This document shows, one piece after another, positions 25,981 to 40,800 of a stretch of DNA of 64,000 nt. The stretch spans positions 14,371,807-14,435,806 of the forward strand of contig NC_134031.1 in the NCBI RefSeq assembly GCF_964204645.1. The letters run 5' to 3'. The translations under genes and the position numbers were made by a program. The notes under the pieces are model-generated. The model was given only the letters and a program-made list of their open reading frames with translations. It was not told the DNA's origin and ran no database searches. Source of the stretch: Tubulanus polymorphus (taxonomy: Eukaryota > Animalia > Nemertea). The number at the start of each line of letters is the position of its first letter. The first letter of the stretch is position 1.

Positions 25981-26507
25981 GTACACAGCCACTAGAATAA
26001 CACACACTAGGTATCAATGTATATAAACATTGTTTTAACGGCTTTTTTACGGCGTGAGATAATGTTGTAAAACATTTGCCCCATCATCAGTTACTTTGTG
26101 CATTGTTACATCCAGTATCATCTGCTATTGACTATGATATACAATGTGATATATCATGTTTTATGACGTTTTCAAATGTGAGATGGATATAAACTTGTAA
26201 AACTCTACGGGAAATATCCTCACGCGATGAGCGGCTAGCGTGTGGTATAACATACCGGTACTTGACTCACGCCGTTTCAGACTAAGAGATTTATAACGAG
26301 TGTTCAGTTGGTAGAACGATCCACGAGGATGAAACACTGATGTACTGTGTGGTGTGCCGTGTGCTACGAAACTCACCAATGATTGTGATTAATTGAAGGC
26401 TCACTATAAACTGCACCTTGCTCGCTGTAATCCGTGCAAATCATGAGAGAGAAATCATGAGACTTCTTTTTCAGGATAAATTCTCGTGAAATACATCGAG
26501 TTAATTA

Positions 26508-26630
26508 CGATAGCCCCACTGCAAGTTCGCTAACCCTGTTCAAGTTCGCTAGCCCCACTTTGATTTTGCTAGCCCCACTGCGAGTTCGCTAGCCCCACTG
26601 TAATTTCGCTAGCCCCACTGCCAGTTCGCT
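26508..26630. repeat. ~20-bp minisatellite
   Basis: gctagccccactgcaagttc, ~6 copies. Confidence 0.85.
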
Positions 26631-28643
26631 TGACTAGTGGCAGCATTTTCGAAAGCAAAATAATGACGACCTTCTCATCAGCCAGGGTTTCGATGATTCA
26701 ATAAAATTACGATAAGTTATGATGACGACCTTCTAAATCCTTAATGACGTCGGCGATTAGTAGAATTATGATGAGTTGTAACTTTGTTGACGACCATCTC
26801 ATTTTGCAATGACTTCCATGGTTCAGTCCGATTTAGTCAGTAACCTGTCTGAGGTTTAGTTTCACAATCGGATATTTTCACAAACCACAGTCAGGAATGG
26901 GAAGGTCATTTTTGTATGAAATCTTCGTCAGCCAATTTGACTGACGAGTAATTTGCCTGGCATTTCATTGTCTCTTAAGATATCCGTCTAATTTTTGTTG
27001 TAATCGACGCACAACAGATTCGTAGTTTGTCTGATACCTATAACACCTCACCTGACGATCTTAATCCATGTGCAAATCGGCCGTGAAGTGAGAGTAAATT
27101 TCCGTCGGGTCAACAGCTGCCATTTTGAAAATTACTGGAGGTGCTGGCACCTGTGGACTGAGGCCAGGACAACAGCACAAACTAACGAAGCGAAACGACG
27201 AAATTGAAAAAAATTAAGAAATCAACACTTATTCACATTTTTCTTTTACCAGAATTTATTATTTCATTATTTATTGTGAAAAACATGAAGATTTGAAATA
27301 TAAGTTGGAAAACCATCAAAAATAAAAATTGTCGTTTCGTCTTGAAAGTTTTATATAAATCCTTGTAGGTCCCCTTGTCTTATCATGCCACATGTGCAAT
27401 ACAGAGAAATGGCGGCTAATGGCGAAATTGGTGGAGAAATTAATTAATTTCTCAAAAAAATGTTGATTAACCACTCGAAACATAAATAAAATTGGATTAT
27501 TTCGAAAGGTACCTGTGTTAGTTTGTGAATTAAGCCATTAATTGTGGACTGAAGTGAATAGAAAGTATATTTTTGAAGTGTTACTTTTTTCAACCGTGTT
27601 TTGGTCCTTGTCATCCCTAACGTTGGTATAAGCCCATCCGATTATAAAAAGCTTACCACCAACGATTAGGTAACTAACTAAGTCCGATTATGATAAGTTA
27701 CTAGTGAAGACCTTTTCGTCCTCAATGACTTCAACGATTCAGTGCGATTATGGTATCTTGTTTGTGCGCTCAGTAAACGGGAAATTCACAGGTTTCTCAT
27801 ACTGTGGAGGCTAAGATTGAGATCCTTGAACGATAAGAGAGTCACTTTTAACCACTATCAGTGGTGTTTAATATTTGAAACCACGCCAAAAGAGAAAACA
27901 CTTTTACGGCTTTCATCTCGGTGATCTCCACATTGTCCTTGAACTACGTGTTTTAACCTACTTCCGCCGTAGCGGCCATCTAGCGTCTGTTCGTGTCATC
28001 GAATAACACTGTTGCCTGAAGTTATTATTTCACCGCCGACTCCAAAGCGTTTGCAAACCTCTGAAAACCTTGCTTCCACGGCGGGCGATCTGATGGACTC
28101 TAGCCTCTGTCTTCTATTTGGTCACGTCCTGAGAACGAAGTGTTCTATATAGAACAACTTCCTCTTCGAAAGAGGCTTACCTTAAGCTCCGTCTAATTGG
28201 TGTGTTCCACAAGGTCATTACAGGGCCATCATGTGACACCAAGAGGTGAGATGGAAGGGGGACATATGAGGAGAGAGATGGAAGAGGGAGAGGGGGAGGG
28301 GAGAGCCTGGTGGAAGCAGGAAAGAGCCCCGATGTGACCGAGAACACATCGCTAATGTGATTGCTAGTGAGGTTACAAGTCGTCCCGAATTAGCCAATCA
28401 GACATTTCAATAGATCAAAGACGTCTTTCTCGCTAACTAAAAGCAGGGTTGTAAAGACATTATTTTATCCTGATTGAGCTCGAGACGGTAACTTCTAAAA
28501 CTCTTATTCAATTTCACGAATTTCACGGATAAAAGATCAAATAAGAATAGAGAGAAACCAGATGGAGGAGGTGGAGAGAGATTTGGAATTATTCTCAATA
28601 TGCACAGAACGACTCTATTATCTACCACATACAAATACACATA

Positions 28644-28814
28644 CAGTGGCACCTCGTTATGACGAACTCGGTGGAACGATTCATCGGATATAACAACAAA
28701 TCATTTCGTCTCGAAGTTACACAGCAATTAATTTCATACTGGATATAACGAAATATCAGTTATGATGAACATATTTCTGGAAACTGCTAAGTTCGCTGTA
28801 CCGAGTTTCCATTG
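28644..28814. mobile_element. Tc1/mariner (pogo/Tigger-like) MITE, second copy
   Basis: TA-CAGTGGCACCTCG ... CGAGTTTCCATTG; aligns along its length with 24293-24465. Confidence 0.6.
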
Positions 28815-29194
28815 AATGTAATTGGTGCATGTTCAGCCCTAAATCTAGACAAATCTAAATCATTGAACGTGCTTTGATTAGACGAATAATTTCAACAGGT
28901 TGTACTGAATTTCTGTTAAAATCACCTGCCTACTGCCGTGAAGGGTCTCCGGTGCCTTGTAAAGCATCTAGAATCGCGACAACTCATCTCTCACGGGAAC
29001 GTGTCACTTCTCAAGTATGCTAATAATGTCAACGTGTAATCACGGCAGGAAATTTCTGACGGGCCGGGTAAATATGTTGTGATTTTAGGCAACCGGTCTT
29101 ACAGTAAACGCTGATATACTTCGCTGTCAGAGTGAGGGCAACGCGGGGCCGGATATTGCGGCACTTGACCAGGCTCGAGTTTACACAAGAGACA

Positions 29195-29225
<31 letters not shown>

Positions 29226-29919
29226 AACCTCCGCCCTGTCGAGGGGTTTCCTACAGACCACGTGACGCTCACATGTACAGGAAACAATCGATCAGAAGGT
29301 TACACCTGAGAATGACGTAACCTTCACACTAACAAATACTGAATATGATTCCGTCAACCACTTCTGAAAATATTGCAAGTCTGAGATCAAATTAGTTTAG
29401 CCAATCTAGCAACTTAAGACGAGTTTTTGAAACCACATTAGGACCTGGACCGTGCAACAATTAGTTCCAAGAGTAAGTTGCACCAGTCGTGGTCAAAGTC
29501 ATTGTCTTAAATCAGGACTGGTTCTTAATTTCCTAGTTTGTTTTTGAACGCATGATTAGCTGGGACTGGCCGGTAATTGATTTTCTAGATTGCTAATCAA
29601 ACCTATATGCACTTAGGACTTATCTTAAAAGTTGAATCAGTCATATAAGAACAAAAATTAGACAACTTGAGACGAATCAACTCTGATATTTACTGCTGCG
29701 AAACTGAATCCACAGCCATTTTTCGGAGCGTGTATTACTGATAACAGAGAAAAGATTATGAATAAGGAGCGGTATTTTTTCTAGTAGCTCCAGTAATTGT
29801 GAAAGACACGATGCGCCGTCTCTTCATCAGAATATAATATTACTTACTGAGTCATTTCTATACTGAAGTTTTTCTCACAAGTAAAGACGAGCTAAGAACA
29901 TGATCGTTATTACACAATA

Positions 29920-31040
29920 CACTCGTCGACCCATCCACTCGTCCACCCGTCCACTCGTCCACTCGTTCACTCGTCCACTCGTTCACTCGTCCACTCGTTC
30001 ACTCGTCCACTCGTTCACTCGTCCACTCATTCATTGACTCATTCACTTGTCACACGATCACTTACTCATCCACTCATTCACTCGCATACTCATCTACTCG
30101 TCCATTCATCCACTCAATCACTCGTCCACTCATTCATTCGTCCACTCATTCACTTATCCACTCATTCACTCGTCCACTCACTCGTCCACTCATCCACTCA
30201 TGCACTCATTCACTCACTCATCCACTCATTCACTCGTCCACTCACTCACTCGTCCACTCATTCACTCGTCCACTCATTCACTCGTCCACTCATTCACTCG
30301 TCCACTCACTCACTCATCCACTCATTCACTCGTCAACTCATCCACTTGTCCGCTCATTTACCCGTCCACTCATACGGTCGTCCGCTCATTTACTCGTCGA
30401 CTCATACGGTCGTCCACTCATTCACTCGTCGACTCACTCACTCGTCCACTCATCCACATGTCCGCTTATTCACTCGTCCACTCATACGGTCGTCCACTCA
30501 TTCACTCGTCGACTCACTCGTCCACTCACTCACTCTTCCACTCATCCACTTGTCCGCTCATTCACTCACTCGTCCACTCATCCACTCATTCACTCGTCCA
30601 CTTGTCCGCTCATTTACTCCTCGACTCATACGGTCGTCCACTCGTTCACTCGTCGACTCACTCACTCGTCCACTTATCCACATGTCCGCTCATTACTCGT
30701 CCACTCATTCACTCGTCCACTCATTCACTCGTCCACTCACTCGTCCACTCATCCACTTGTCCACTCATTTACTCGTCCACTCATTCACTCATTCACTCGT
30801 CGACTCACTCACTCGTCCACCCATCCACTCGTCTACTCATTCACTCGTCCACTCATTCACTCGTCCATTCATTCACTCGTCGACTCACTCACTCGTCCAC
30901 TCATTCATTCGTCCACTCATCCACTCGTCTACTCATTCACTCGTCCACTCATTCACTCGTCCACTCATTCACTCGTCCGCTCATCCACTCGTCCACTCAT
31001 TCACTCGTCAACTCATTCACTTATCCACTCGTCTATTTAT
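29920..31040. repeat. Tetranucleotide-based satellite (cactcgtccactcatt, 16-bp core)
   Basis: Direct reading; accounts for the two 340-aa His/Ser/Thr ORFs. Confidence 0.95.
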
Positions 31041-31672
31041 CTACATTTCGGCTTATAAGTAGCAGAAAATAACACCTTGTAGATTAATGACTGGTTGGTA
31101 GGTCATAACTTCAGTCGCTGTAAAAGATCGGTTTATTGAAGATTATCACAAAACGAGTCGTTCCTAATCATGTAAATTGGGAAGGGTGAGATTTATTCGT
31201 AAAAATGAGCACCGTTTTTTGTTTTTGTATTTCTCCATTTTAATTTCTGTTCTTTGAACCAAGATTAAACAAGTTCACAAACTAGAGACTGGGAGCAAGT
31301 CTGCGTGGTAATGTGACGTAATGAATTTCAATTTCGGCGAGTATACAAAAATGTGATTGCACCGCGAAACGAAAACAAACCCGACACCGCAGTCCACATG
31401 AGCGCGCGCCGCCGCCATCACGCCGGGAATAGATAATGAAAAGATATCCTCGCAATGATCAATGGGCTTCACACGCTATTAGCATTCCGTTCACGTGCGC
31501 CTAGCTTGGACTCGCCGTTTCGTGACAACAAAAACCGGATTCAAAACACTGATAGATTGCGCAAATTCGACTCGGTCGTTTCAGTTATAAATCACCATCA
31601 TACAACTTCCATCCCGTCTCCATTGTACACACCGGGACGAGCTGAGCGTATTAATATCGAGGCTCATTACCG

Positions 31673-31962
31673 CGTGGCAGTCGAGGGTCCACTTGGTGGC
31701 GCTAGTGTTCCTTCAGTCGGAACTGATAACACCTGTGGCAATCGAGTGTCCGCTAGGTGGCGCTAGAATGCATTCAGCCGGAAAAGACAACACCTTCTGT
31801 GGCAATCGACTGTCCGCTGCGTGGTGCTAGTGTGCATCCAACCGGAACTGACGGACCTAATGTGATAAATGAGGATCCACTAGGAGGCACTAGTGGGCAT
31901 TCGGCTGGAACTGACAACACCTACTGTGGCAATCCAGAGTCCGCTAGGTGGTGCCAGTGTGC
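31673..31962 (+). repeat. ~63-bp tandem repeat, 5 copies, each with a CTCF-like motif
   Basis: Cores at 31689, 31750, 31814, 31877 and 31941 (e.g. ccgctaggtggcgcta). Confidence 0.8.
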
Positions 31963-34900
31963 GTTCGATCTCCTCTTTCAATTCTTTGCACAATCAATGA
32001 GTAATTTGGAAAATCGACCGTTAGATATCGAAGTGAGTTGATGAGACCAGAGACTCATTTATTACTGTGTGGGTGGTTTAGTTAGTGGCATCATATAAAC
32101 TATAAGTGGCCGTCATGCAGCCTGTGATCGTCGGTCTGCAACTAACGACTATTAGGCGTCATTGAAGTCTCATCTTCTGACGTTAAAAAAAACAATCCAG
32201 CAAATTTGTATTGATTGATTGAGAAATGGAGGGTAGAGCGGGGGAGGAAGAGGAGGGTGAGGGGAGAAAGAGTGAGGAGTGAGAGAGAGGGAGGACGAGG
32301 GGAGTGAGAGAAGGAGGGACGAGGAGAGTGAGGGAGGGACAAGGAAAGAGGGAGGGACGTAGGGAGTGAGAGAGGGAGAGGGGGCATTAAAAAATAGTGC
32401 AGCCTGTTAAAAACCGTCACTAAATATGTCAAAAATATGAATAATTGCTATCGATTTATCTTCATAATCAAAACCTATTCACAAGTAACCGGAAATTACC
32501 AGCGCCGCCTTGTGAAAGCAGTGTTGATTCATTTTCTGGCCAGCGCCTCCTGGTGTCGGGAACGCTAGCCTGTTTCTCGTGGGACAGGCCGAATGAGGAT
32601 TCAATCAATATCTGATCGCAACGTGACCTTTCAGTGTTAATTAAGGCGCCGCACAAATTGTTGTCCCGATCAGGCGCTATATCAAACAGATAGCCCGTCT
32701 GATAAACCGTCTTAGGGTTAGATCCCCGTTGGATCCACTGCGAAACATTAATTGTCTTGTTGTGTGACCAGAAATCTCGAGTCTTCGCCCTCGGAAAACC
32801 CCAGGGACCTATTCATCATAAAATATAATCTAAAATTCCATCTCGAAAGAGTTTTATCTTTGAATTGCATCGCGTCGTGGACTTAAAGTCGACCTTGAGA
32901 TTGTTGGTCGCAGAGTCTAGTCTTTTAACTGCCAAGTCAGAATAAACAGTAATCCAAAATGGCAAACGTTACGCGTAAAACAGTGTAAGTTAAAAACCTT
33001 ACAGGCATTTGAAAATTGAAGTTTTTTATTTACAGTAGTATGATGAATGCACGATACATTCAGCGTCATTTCAATCATAGGACGCAATCAATTTCTGACA
33101 GACACTAAAATGCGGATCTGACTTCGGCTCCGACTCCGAGTAAAATTGTCTATTGATTTGAACCGGGGTCATCGACCCGATTTAGAAAAACTGATTTACT
33201 GAAACGCTGATAAAATCTATACGCAATATCATGCAATCTCGTGAATTGATTTATCAGTGATGGCAAATTTTCATTTTTCACTCCAAGCGTCAATTCTTAT
33301 CACGTGGGTCGACGTCACGTGCGTGTGTCACGTGGTCGCGACCTCTCATAAACAACAATCACGATCGTTTTTCCGTAGCTACGGAAAACAGAAAATCGAT
33401 TCGATCTTTTTCAACGCCGAAACGTCGTCGTTGTAATGTTTGACAAGTCATTTGAAAAGTGTCCGTTAGTTTTATCAGCAATTTAATACCGCGAATTATT
33501 GTGTCAAATGCTTTTACGCAGTCGACGAATCAGAGACCATCAGCGTTACTCCGACACTCCCGATCGATGAAAAGTCAGTTGTTTTCAAAATGATGTTCGT
33601 GACCTTATCGGGCTAGAAAATACTTCTATCAACCTTATTTCAGTTGTAAGCTGCCTTCAAGATTATTGTCCAGAAATGGAGAGTGCGAAAACACGATGTA
33701 TTCGATATGGAGAGGTTATCTTTTGTGCCTATTTCACAAACTGTTGCCTAAACTAATGTAGAGGCAAACTCTTCATGTATGATATATCATTTTGCAGTTG
33801 TTTTAGTCAATTAGTCTAATGAGTTTCAATGATGGGAAAACGTTTGAAATGTAGAGAGTTTATCTATTAGTTCTAGGAGGAAGCCAACCCGTTTCACGAG
33901 CAAGTTCAACTGCGAAACGGTTAGGTTTGAATTTGGTATCCATTTTCCATTGAAGCACGCTTCCAACGTTGGTCCGGGGCTTCGATTCCACGTTCGCTTA
34001 TTTGTAAAAAAGAATTTCATTTTCAATGTTCTAACTTAAAGTGAAATTCCAACCGAAGGAACCGAGATGCATTCTATGCACTGGTCAGATATTCTCATTT
34101 GATATAAAACCATGTAACGAGATGAGATATACTGCATCGTTAAGTGCATGTATGAGTAAACAGACATGCGTGCCCAGGAATACAAGCTCAGCCACATCCA
34201 GAGGAAGTAAATTTCATTGGGGACTTCAGTTTTCCGGGTATATCATTAGTAAGAAGCACATATTGTGATCACAAATTATATTTCTTGTGGGGCTCTTGAT
34301 CAGTATCTGGAGTGATTTAATCCAATATTAATGATTACCCAACGGATTACTCTCAGGATTACTGTGTTACCCCTTGGTATTTACTGGTTGGTTTTTTTCG
34401 AGGTCATCGAGACGTGACTTCAATCAAAAAGTGGCCTCAAATCTTAAGACTGGTCTTAAGTGGTTAGATTATGGGCTACAAACTGTGTAGGAACTAAAAT
34501 GCTTGTCTTAAGTTTAAACGTTGATCCTACCAGTTACTGACCCCTGGACCTGGGAGTGATGTTTTTGACCGATAATCTGGACATGAGTACGTATTTAGTT
34601 TTATGAAGGATATCTCTAAGAAGCTGCTCGAAAGATCGGATGCTATGGCGGTTTAATACGTATAAGGATTTACTGAGGAATTCCGGACGACCACAATCCA
34701 TTTCAGCAGAAACTGCTGACATTTCGTGGGAAGTTTTTTCTTCGGCGCTGAGTTTTATAATTTCATCTGTCCAAAGAACGCAAAGCTCGCAAAATCCGAC
34801 GCGGTTACAAAAATTTATACAAATTCCACGAAAAGTGCAAAAACAATCTGAATGGGCTACCGTAAAAAAGCAATCCGTTTAGGATGGGCTACCGTAACAA

Positions 34901-36873
34901 TCTGTCGGGATGGGCTACCGTAAAAAGGTCGACTCCGAAGCAGTGCATAAGAAAAAAGACGACAGCAGAAGCGGCGGTATGCTGAACAATGGATAGAGCG
35001 GAGTTTGTTGTGGTGTGGTATCAGTCAGCTTTTTAGAAAGAAACGTTTTCACATTCCTGTTCGCCATGCGTGTTGATTAATGAGCAACAAACTGTTTGTG
35101 TAAATATATAATTCTTTTTCTTCCTGCGAAAAACCGCTAAAATTAGCACCAAACATCAGAGCTATAGCAATAGATATTATAAACTAAATATTTCACCAAA
35201 CCTCGGTGCAATCTTTAAGAGTTTTATGAAGAATGTTTAGCGACTTCATCGGGTTCGAATCCCTGCCGGAGGTGATTTCAAGCTCTTTGTTGCAAGGCGC
35301 TATAGTCTATAGGAATATGGTGTATAGTGTAACTAGATATAATGTGGATTTTATTCGGAACTGCGTTGAACAGTATTTCAAAGCGCAATTGAGCGATTAG
35401 CACCCCTAATGGAGAAACCGAGAACTAAGAACTTTCTTAAGAACTTGGACAACGAATTCTTATAATATATGAATAACGCTTTTTAACGGTTTTCACGATA
35501 ATCAAATTTTATTGATGACTTTTGTGGAACTTTTGTCACCAAAGTTTCTGTCTCTCTCTCTATTTCCCTGCGAACCGCTAATGAATATACGGATTATTGA
35601 TCGATAGTTTAATGGCGCGTTATTAGTTCCTGAAGACCGACCGTGTATTCTGATCAGACGATTCTAAACTACACAAAACATCAATTAAACGACGGTGCGA
35701 TAGAATGCACATGCGAATAGTGATTTTGATTGTCGGGTCCATTTCGACGTCGGGAAGGCTGTCGCTTGTTGAAAATAGTGCGGCTTCCTAAAAAAGCGAT
35801 GCCGGCGCCTAATGAACTAAAAACTAATCGACAAGAAAAAGGAGACTCTGGTGATTGTGATTCAGTAATCATCCGCAGTGAATATATCTCCCGACGACTG
35901 AATCAATGTCCGCCTCATTTAACCACAGTACACCTCCTTAATGCCCCGGCAAGTGACTAGCTGATTCTCATTTGGCAGGCAGTCAATTAAGATTGGACAC
36001 ATTTTGGTTCTAGTTCCACAGTTCCACCTTTCCACTGTCGTTGGTTGAAATTCGAATAAGAAATATAAAATATAAACACATTAAATTCTTAGAATAAAAC
36101 AGATCTATATCTAAGAGCTGAGTCCTGAACTTTTGAACAGGGTTGGGCAGTCCACTGTTGTATTTGACTTCTATATTATAAGTCTATTTCCAATATCTCG
36201 ACCGTTGGAACTGGGTTCTCATACCAAATTGAACAGTTGTTTGGAAATGATGAAACTTGTTTCAGATTCAGTTGTCAATTTTTATTTGCAACGAGAAAAA
36301 AAAACGACACAAATTTTTTTCCCGTAAAATACTACAGAATATTCTAGTTTATGTGATCATGATTTTGGCCCCAATTGAATTGTTTTATGCTGAACTCTAT
36401 ATGAAAATTCGAAGCTCGCTCCTCGTAATGAAACCAGACCGCGGTGGCTTCCAGGCGAAATTGAATAGCTAAACCTGTCTCTGAGTCCGGATCCTCTGGC
36501 GATTTATAGTTAAAAAAGCGCGCGCCACAATTTTGGCCAAAGTAGTTTTTAGAGTTTTGATTTCCCCGTAGGATGTCAGGAAATTTAGATTATACATTTC
36601 GAACTGAAAAAACACACGTTAAAACGGGTCCCTGAGGGTCGTTGCGCATGACTACTCCAGTATTTAGAGACAACAGGATATACACAGGGTGACCAGAAAA
36701 TGTGGCATAGTTGTCAAAAAAATTTGGAAAACTAACCGGTAGTGTTATTGAAGACCATCCCGTAGGTGAATTTTAACAAAAGTATTTTAAAGATCGAGCG
36801 TATTTCGTGGTGATTCGAAGGGGGAATGGTGTGAGCGTATGAGCATTCTCTTAGGAAATGTTTTGCATTTATT

Positions 36874-37175
36874 ACGGAAGCGTCATGGGGACATAATTAA
36901 TTTTTCTCATTTTTTGCTGATTGAAAAGTCATACAATTAAATAAAAATTCGATTTTTTATTAAACGTAGTGTTTTTTTCGACCGGCGCTGATTTAATTCC
37001 AATGTTTTTCACGGAATTAAATCATTTCTTATTTAATTTCATCTTTTTTCGACCGGTGGCGAATTAATTCCGACTTTTTCACGGAATAAAAAACCAATTT
37101 TTATTTAATCTTATGATTTTTCAATCAGCAAAAAAATAAACTAATCAATTATGTCCCCATACAGGATGCTTCCGT
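36874..37175. mobile_element. MITE-like element with ~90-bp TIRs
   Basis: acggaagc..atggggacataatt..tttgctgattgaaaa..attaaataaaaatt is mirrored at 37085-37175; internal direct repeat ttttttcgaccgg. Confidence 0.6.
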
Positions 37176-37684
37176 TATCTATCGAGTAGACTTTTGTATT
37201 TTTCCTAAACTGAGTAAAAAATCTGCGGTAATTCTGACCAAAAAAGAACATTTTCGATATTATCACAGAATGTCTTAAAAACACTGAACCAAGTGTCTGT
37301 ATAACATCGCTACATTTTCTATATACTTCTAGAATCAATGATCCAACTTCAAAGGAATCCAAGGACACGTCATTATTTAGAATACGTATAATCGTTTAAT
37401 GATTCAGCATCTTTTCATCTTTCTTTCAACTGTAGCTTAAAATTCCATAACTAACAATTTCCACCAGAGAGCTCGTTCTGAACTCTGATCTAACATTCAG
37501 AATTATTCACGAGATTCTTCCTAAACTATGCCAAGCTCTCTCCCAAGCTCTGTTTTGACTTTTCAAAATACGGGCTTATTTATACCAATTTTTCATCCGG
37601 GCTGAGGAGGATATTAGATTTTGACCTTATTTGGCAGTATCAACTAAACTAACGAATTAAAATCTGGATATTTTCAGTTGGGTG

Positions 37685-37880
37685 TTGGTCAACATCCTCC
37701 CCCGGCAGGAATTCGAACCCGATCGGCATCGAGATTGCCACGGTACGAAACCCTGCCACACTAGACGAGTTGTACCTGCGCACCCGGTCTAAATTTTTAG
37801 TGTGACAGGGGTTCGTGCCGTGGCTGAGTGTAGCGATGCCATCAGGATCGAATCCGTGCCGTCGGAGGATGGTTGGCCAA
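37685..37880. mobile_element. Head-to-head inverted pair of tRNA-like SINE heads
   Basis: ~80-bp arms, each with a B-box-like GG(T/A)TCGAAT(T/C)C; ~35-bp spacer; related fragment at ~35240-35280. Confidence 0.55.
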
Positions 37881-40800
37881 TGGAATGATTCATTACTGCG
37901 GAGTTTTATTATAAGCAATTGAATTTATAGATATGAAATTGTTCCAACACAAACAGAATGAAAATCAATGTTTATATGTATCTAATAGGCCTACATGTAA
38001 TGTGACGATGACCGCATCGTTAAAGTAACTCTGGCAATTCACTACTACAATATTGTTCTTTTTTATATTCATTTCCCCAACTAAACTTCGCGTTCAGACG
38101 AAACATCCAATGCTTGTATCTGGTTCTAGTTTTCGGTGAATAGAATTTGCGGTTTGCATCGCGCGAACAAATTGATAAATCATTAGTAAATTAGTGTCGA
38201 CACCACAATCCAATTGAGATTGTGTCGGCTATGGCTGTTCTACCGGGAGAGATTCCCCTTCTCTTCTCTTCACACACACACACACAGCAACAACATTTGA
38301 AATGGTAATTTTAACACCGTTTTTTTTAAACTATTCTCTCTCCCGCGCAACCTGATGTGAATAGCAGATGAGATTTTGTTTGTGGTTCGGTTGTCGTCGT
38401 GTTAATTTCAGCCCAGATTTTAAATCTGATGAATAAAACACCACCCTCTTACCGCCATCGCGGTGTATGAGTGAGTATTAAAACAAGGAAAAGGACGTCA
38501 TAACCAGACGGATATCGTCATGTATATATACACAAAGACGCACGGCCGTTTATAGTTATCAGAATGACAATACTTAGAAATCCGAGAAAAGCGTTTTATA
38601 TACATGAGAAGTCTGCACTTTCTTCAGTTTGATTAGGAATTGAGCCGTTTGGCGATGAATTCGTTTTCTTATCTGCACAGTCGGAAAAAAGAGCTTTAAC
38701 CGTCAACATGAGGTTCCAGCAGCTTTATCAGGCAACAAAACATTGAAATAACCGAAATGGAATCAATGGGTAAATGAACCTCAAATTTCTAAAAATGGGA
38801 AAATGTTGAAATTGCCAATAAGAAAGACAGCCGTTTCCAAAAATCCCGCAATGACGTCATCAAATTTCAATTTACTAGTTGAACCAGTTAGTTATGTCAG
38901 GAATTTTATGGAGGCCCTTAATATATGAAGGTGATTAGTTTGACGTCACATGGGTGTTTAAGGAGGCATCTTTTCTGAAAAGGGCTTTGAGGGAAGCAAT
39001 GACCTTGGGGACGACGACGCAATTTCGGTTATAGTTTTGCACCTATCAACGGACAGGATGTTTCGAGGTGACATCCGGTATGAGAGATTTATACCCGTAG
39101 ACGGAATGGGAGAAGGGTTGCCCCTCCGCGCGCGCTGATTGCCTGCCCTCCATTAATTACAATATGATCAATATTTTATCAGACTTCCATGGATTGGCTT
39201 TGAATCTCCGGTTTTAGTGTCACGGGGCTCACCGGTAAAAATAAAATGATCTATGATCGTCTCGCGTGCCGCAGCTGCCCCGCCTGCCCGCCGAGAGTAG
39301 GAGGACGTTATCTAGAACTCGAGAACATACTTCATCATCCATCCTACGCGAGCGAGCGATCGGCTTGGTGTTTGTCCAGGGTTGTTGATAGGATAATGGT
39401 AACGATAGAGGGTTGATTAATGGCATGGCGAGAGAGAGCGAAAGAGAAAGAGATAAAGAGCGAGAGAAGGGGTCGGGCCAAGGAAGTGAAACATAACCGA
39501 TTATAATTAAGCATATCTGTTTTTGAGGTGTCCTTTGTTTATAGGGCAGTAAAATCGTTAACACACGGAAACGGATCCATCTCTTGTTGTTGGGGTGAGG
39601 TTCAGACTTCTAACTCTCGGCGAAGAAATTTATGTGTCGAATTCTCTCGGCGACCTTCACCTTCGAAAAAAAAAGATGACGGCATAAATCATCAATATCG
39701 AGCGAATTAAAATAACGTCTTAAAAATCTGCGCCTCACAACTTACACAACTACCAATTAAAGACAGAAAAACGGGCGCTCGAATTCTACGTGAATGACAT
39801 ACATGATGATTACCACAGAACACAACTAGAACACAGCTAGATCCATTTAGAACATGTCGACAAAGGTAGCAGCATTCGACATCTCGAATTCATTAAGCGA
39901 CGCGAAAACTATCGCGCCATGCGGTCCCAATTGTGGACTTACTCGAGAATTCATTATCGAACCCGTCAATTTCGAGCGCGGCGTCACAGCCACAGCCGGT
40001 TTCTACGGTTCAATTAACAGTTGTAAATCCTTACTTGAAGCAAGGCTTCCTACCTTTTTTCCTCCCTCCCTCCTGCCTCTCTCCTGCCTCTCTCAACTTC
40101 ATCCCTCTCTCTTTCAGCCTCTCACTCTTGTCTCTCCAGCAGCCCTAACTCACTTCTCCCTTTCTTTTTCCTCTCTCCCTCTCTTCTCATTTCTCCCTCT
40201 CTCATATCTGCCACTCTTCATATACATCTATCCCTCTCACTACCCCTGTCTCTCAATTTGCCCTAACTCCCATCTCCCTCTGTTCTCTCTTCGCCCCCCC
40301 CCCCCACTTCTCCCTCTCTTCTCTCCATTTCTCCCTCTTTTCATATAGATCTATCCCTCTCACTACCCCTGTTTCTCCCGCCTCCCTATGAATCCTTCAT
40401 TAACACCAACTAAATGTGATTCTATCCCATGGCAATGGGGAACCCGCAAAACCACCTTTCCCACCAGATTACGTGACGAGCAGTAGGTCGTCCAATGTCA
40501 AAAAATAATTATTTTCAATGATATTTGAACAGAATTTTTGGACATATCATCACAGAACCCACCAAATATACAATACTTTTATTCTTCTACTCAGATTATC
40601 GGTATGGTTTTCATTAATAATTGATTTATCTAAGGGAAAGGTTCATATCTAAGGGAAAGGTTCATTTAGATTTATTTGAATAGAAGAAACCAAATGCGGA
40701 CGACCAACTATATCTGCAGGCGGACCTGACGGATCCTCTTTTGCCATAAGTCCTTGATTGCCACAGTGCACTGCGGCCACCCCATTAATATAATAAGAGG

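Noticed and set aside
30034-31072. Two overlapping ~340-aa His/Ser/Thr ORFs
   Set aside because: Stop-free reading of a CACT/CATT/CGTC satellite, open in multiple frames.
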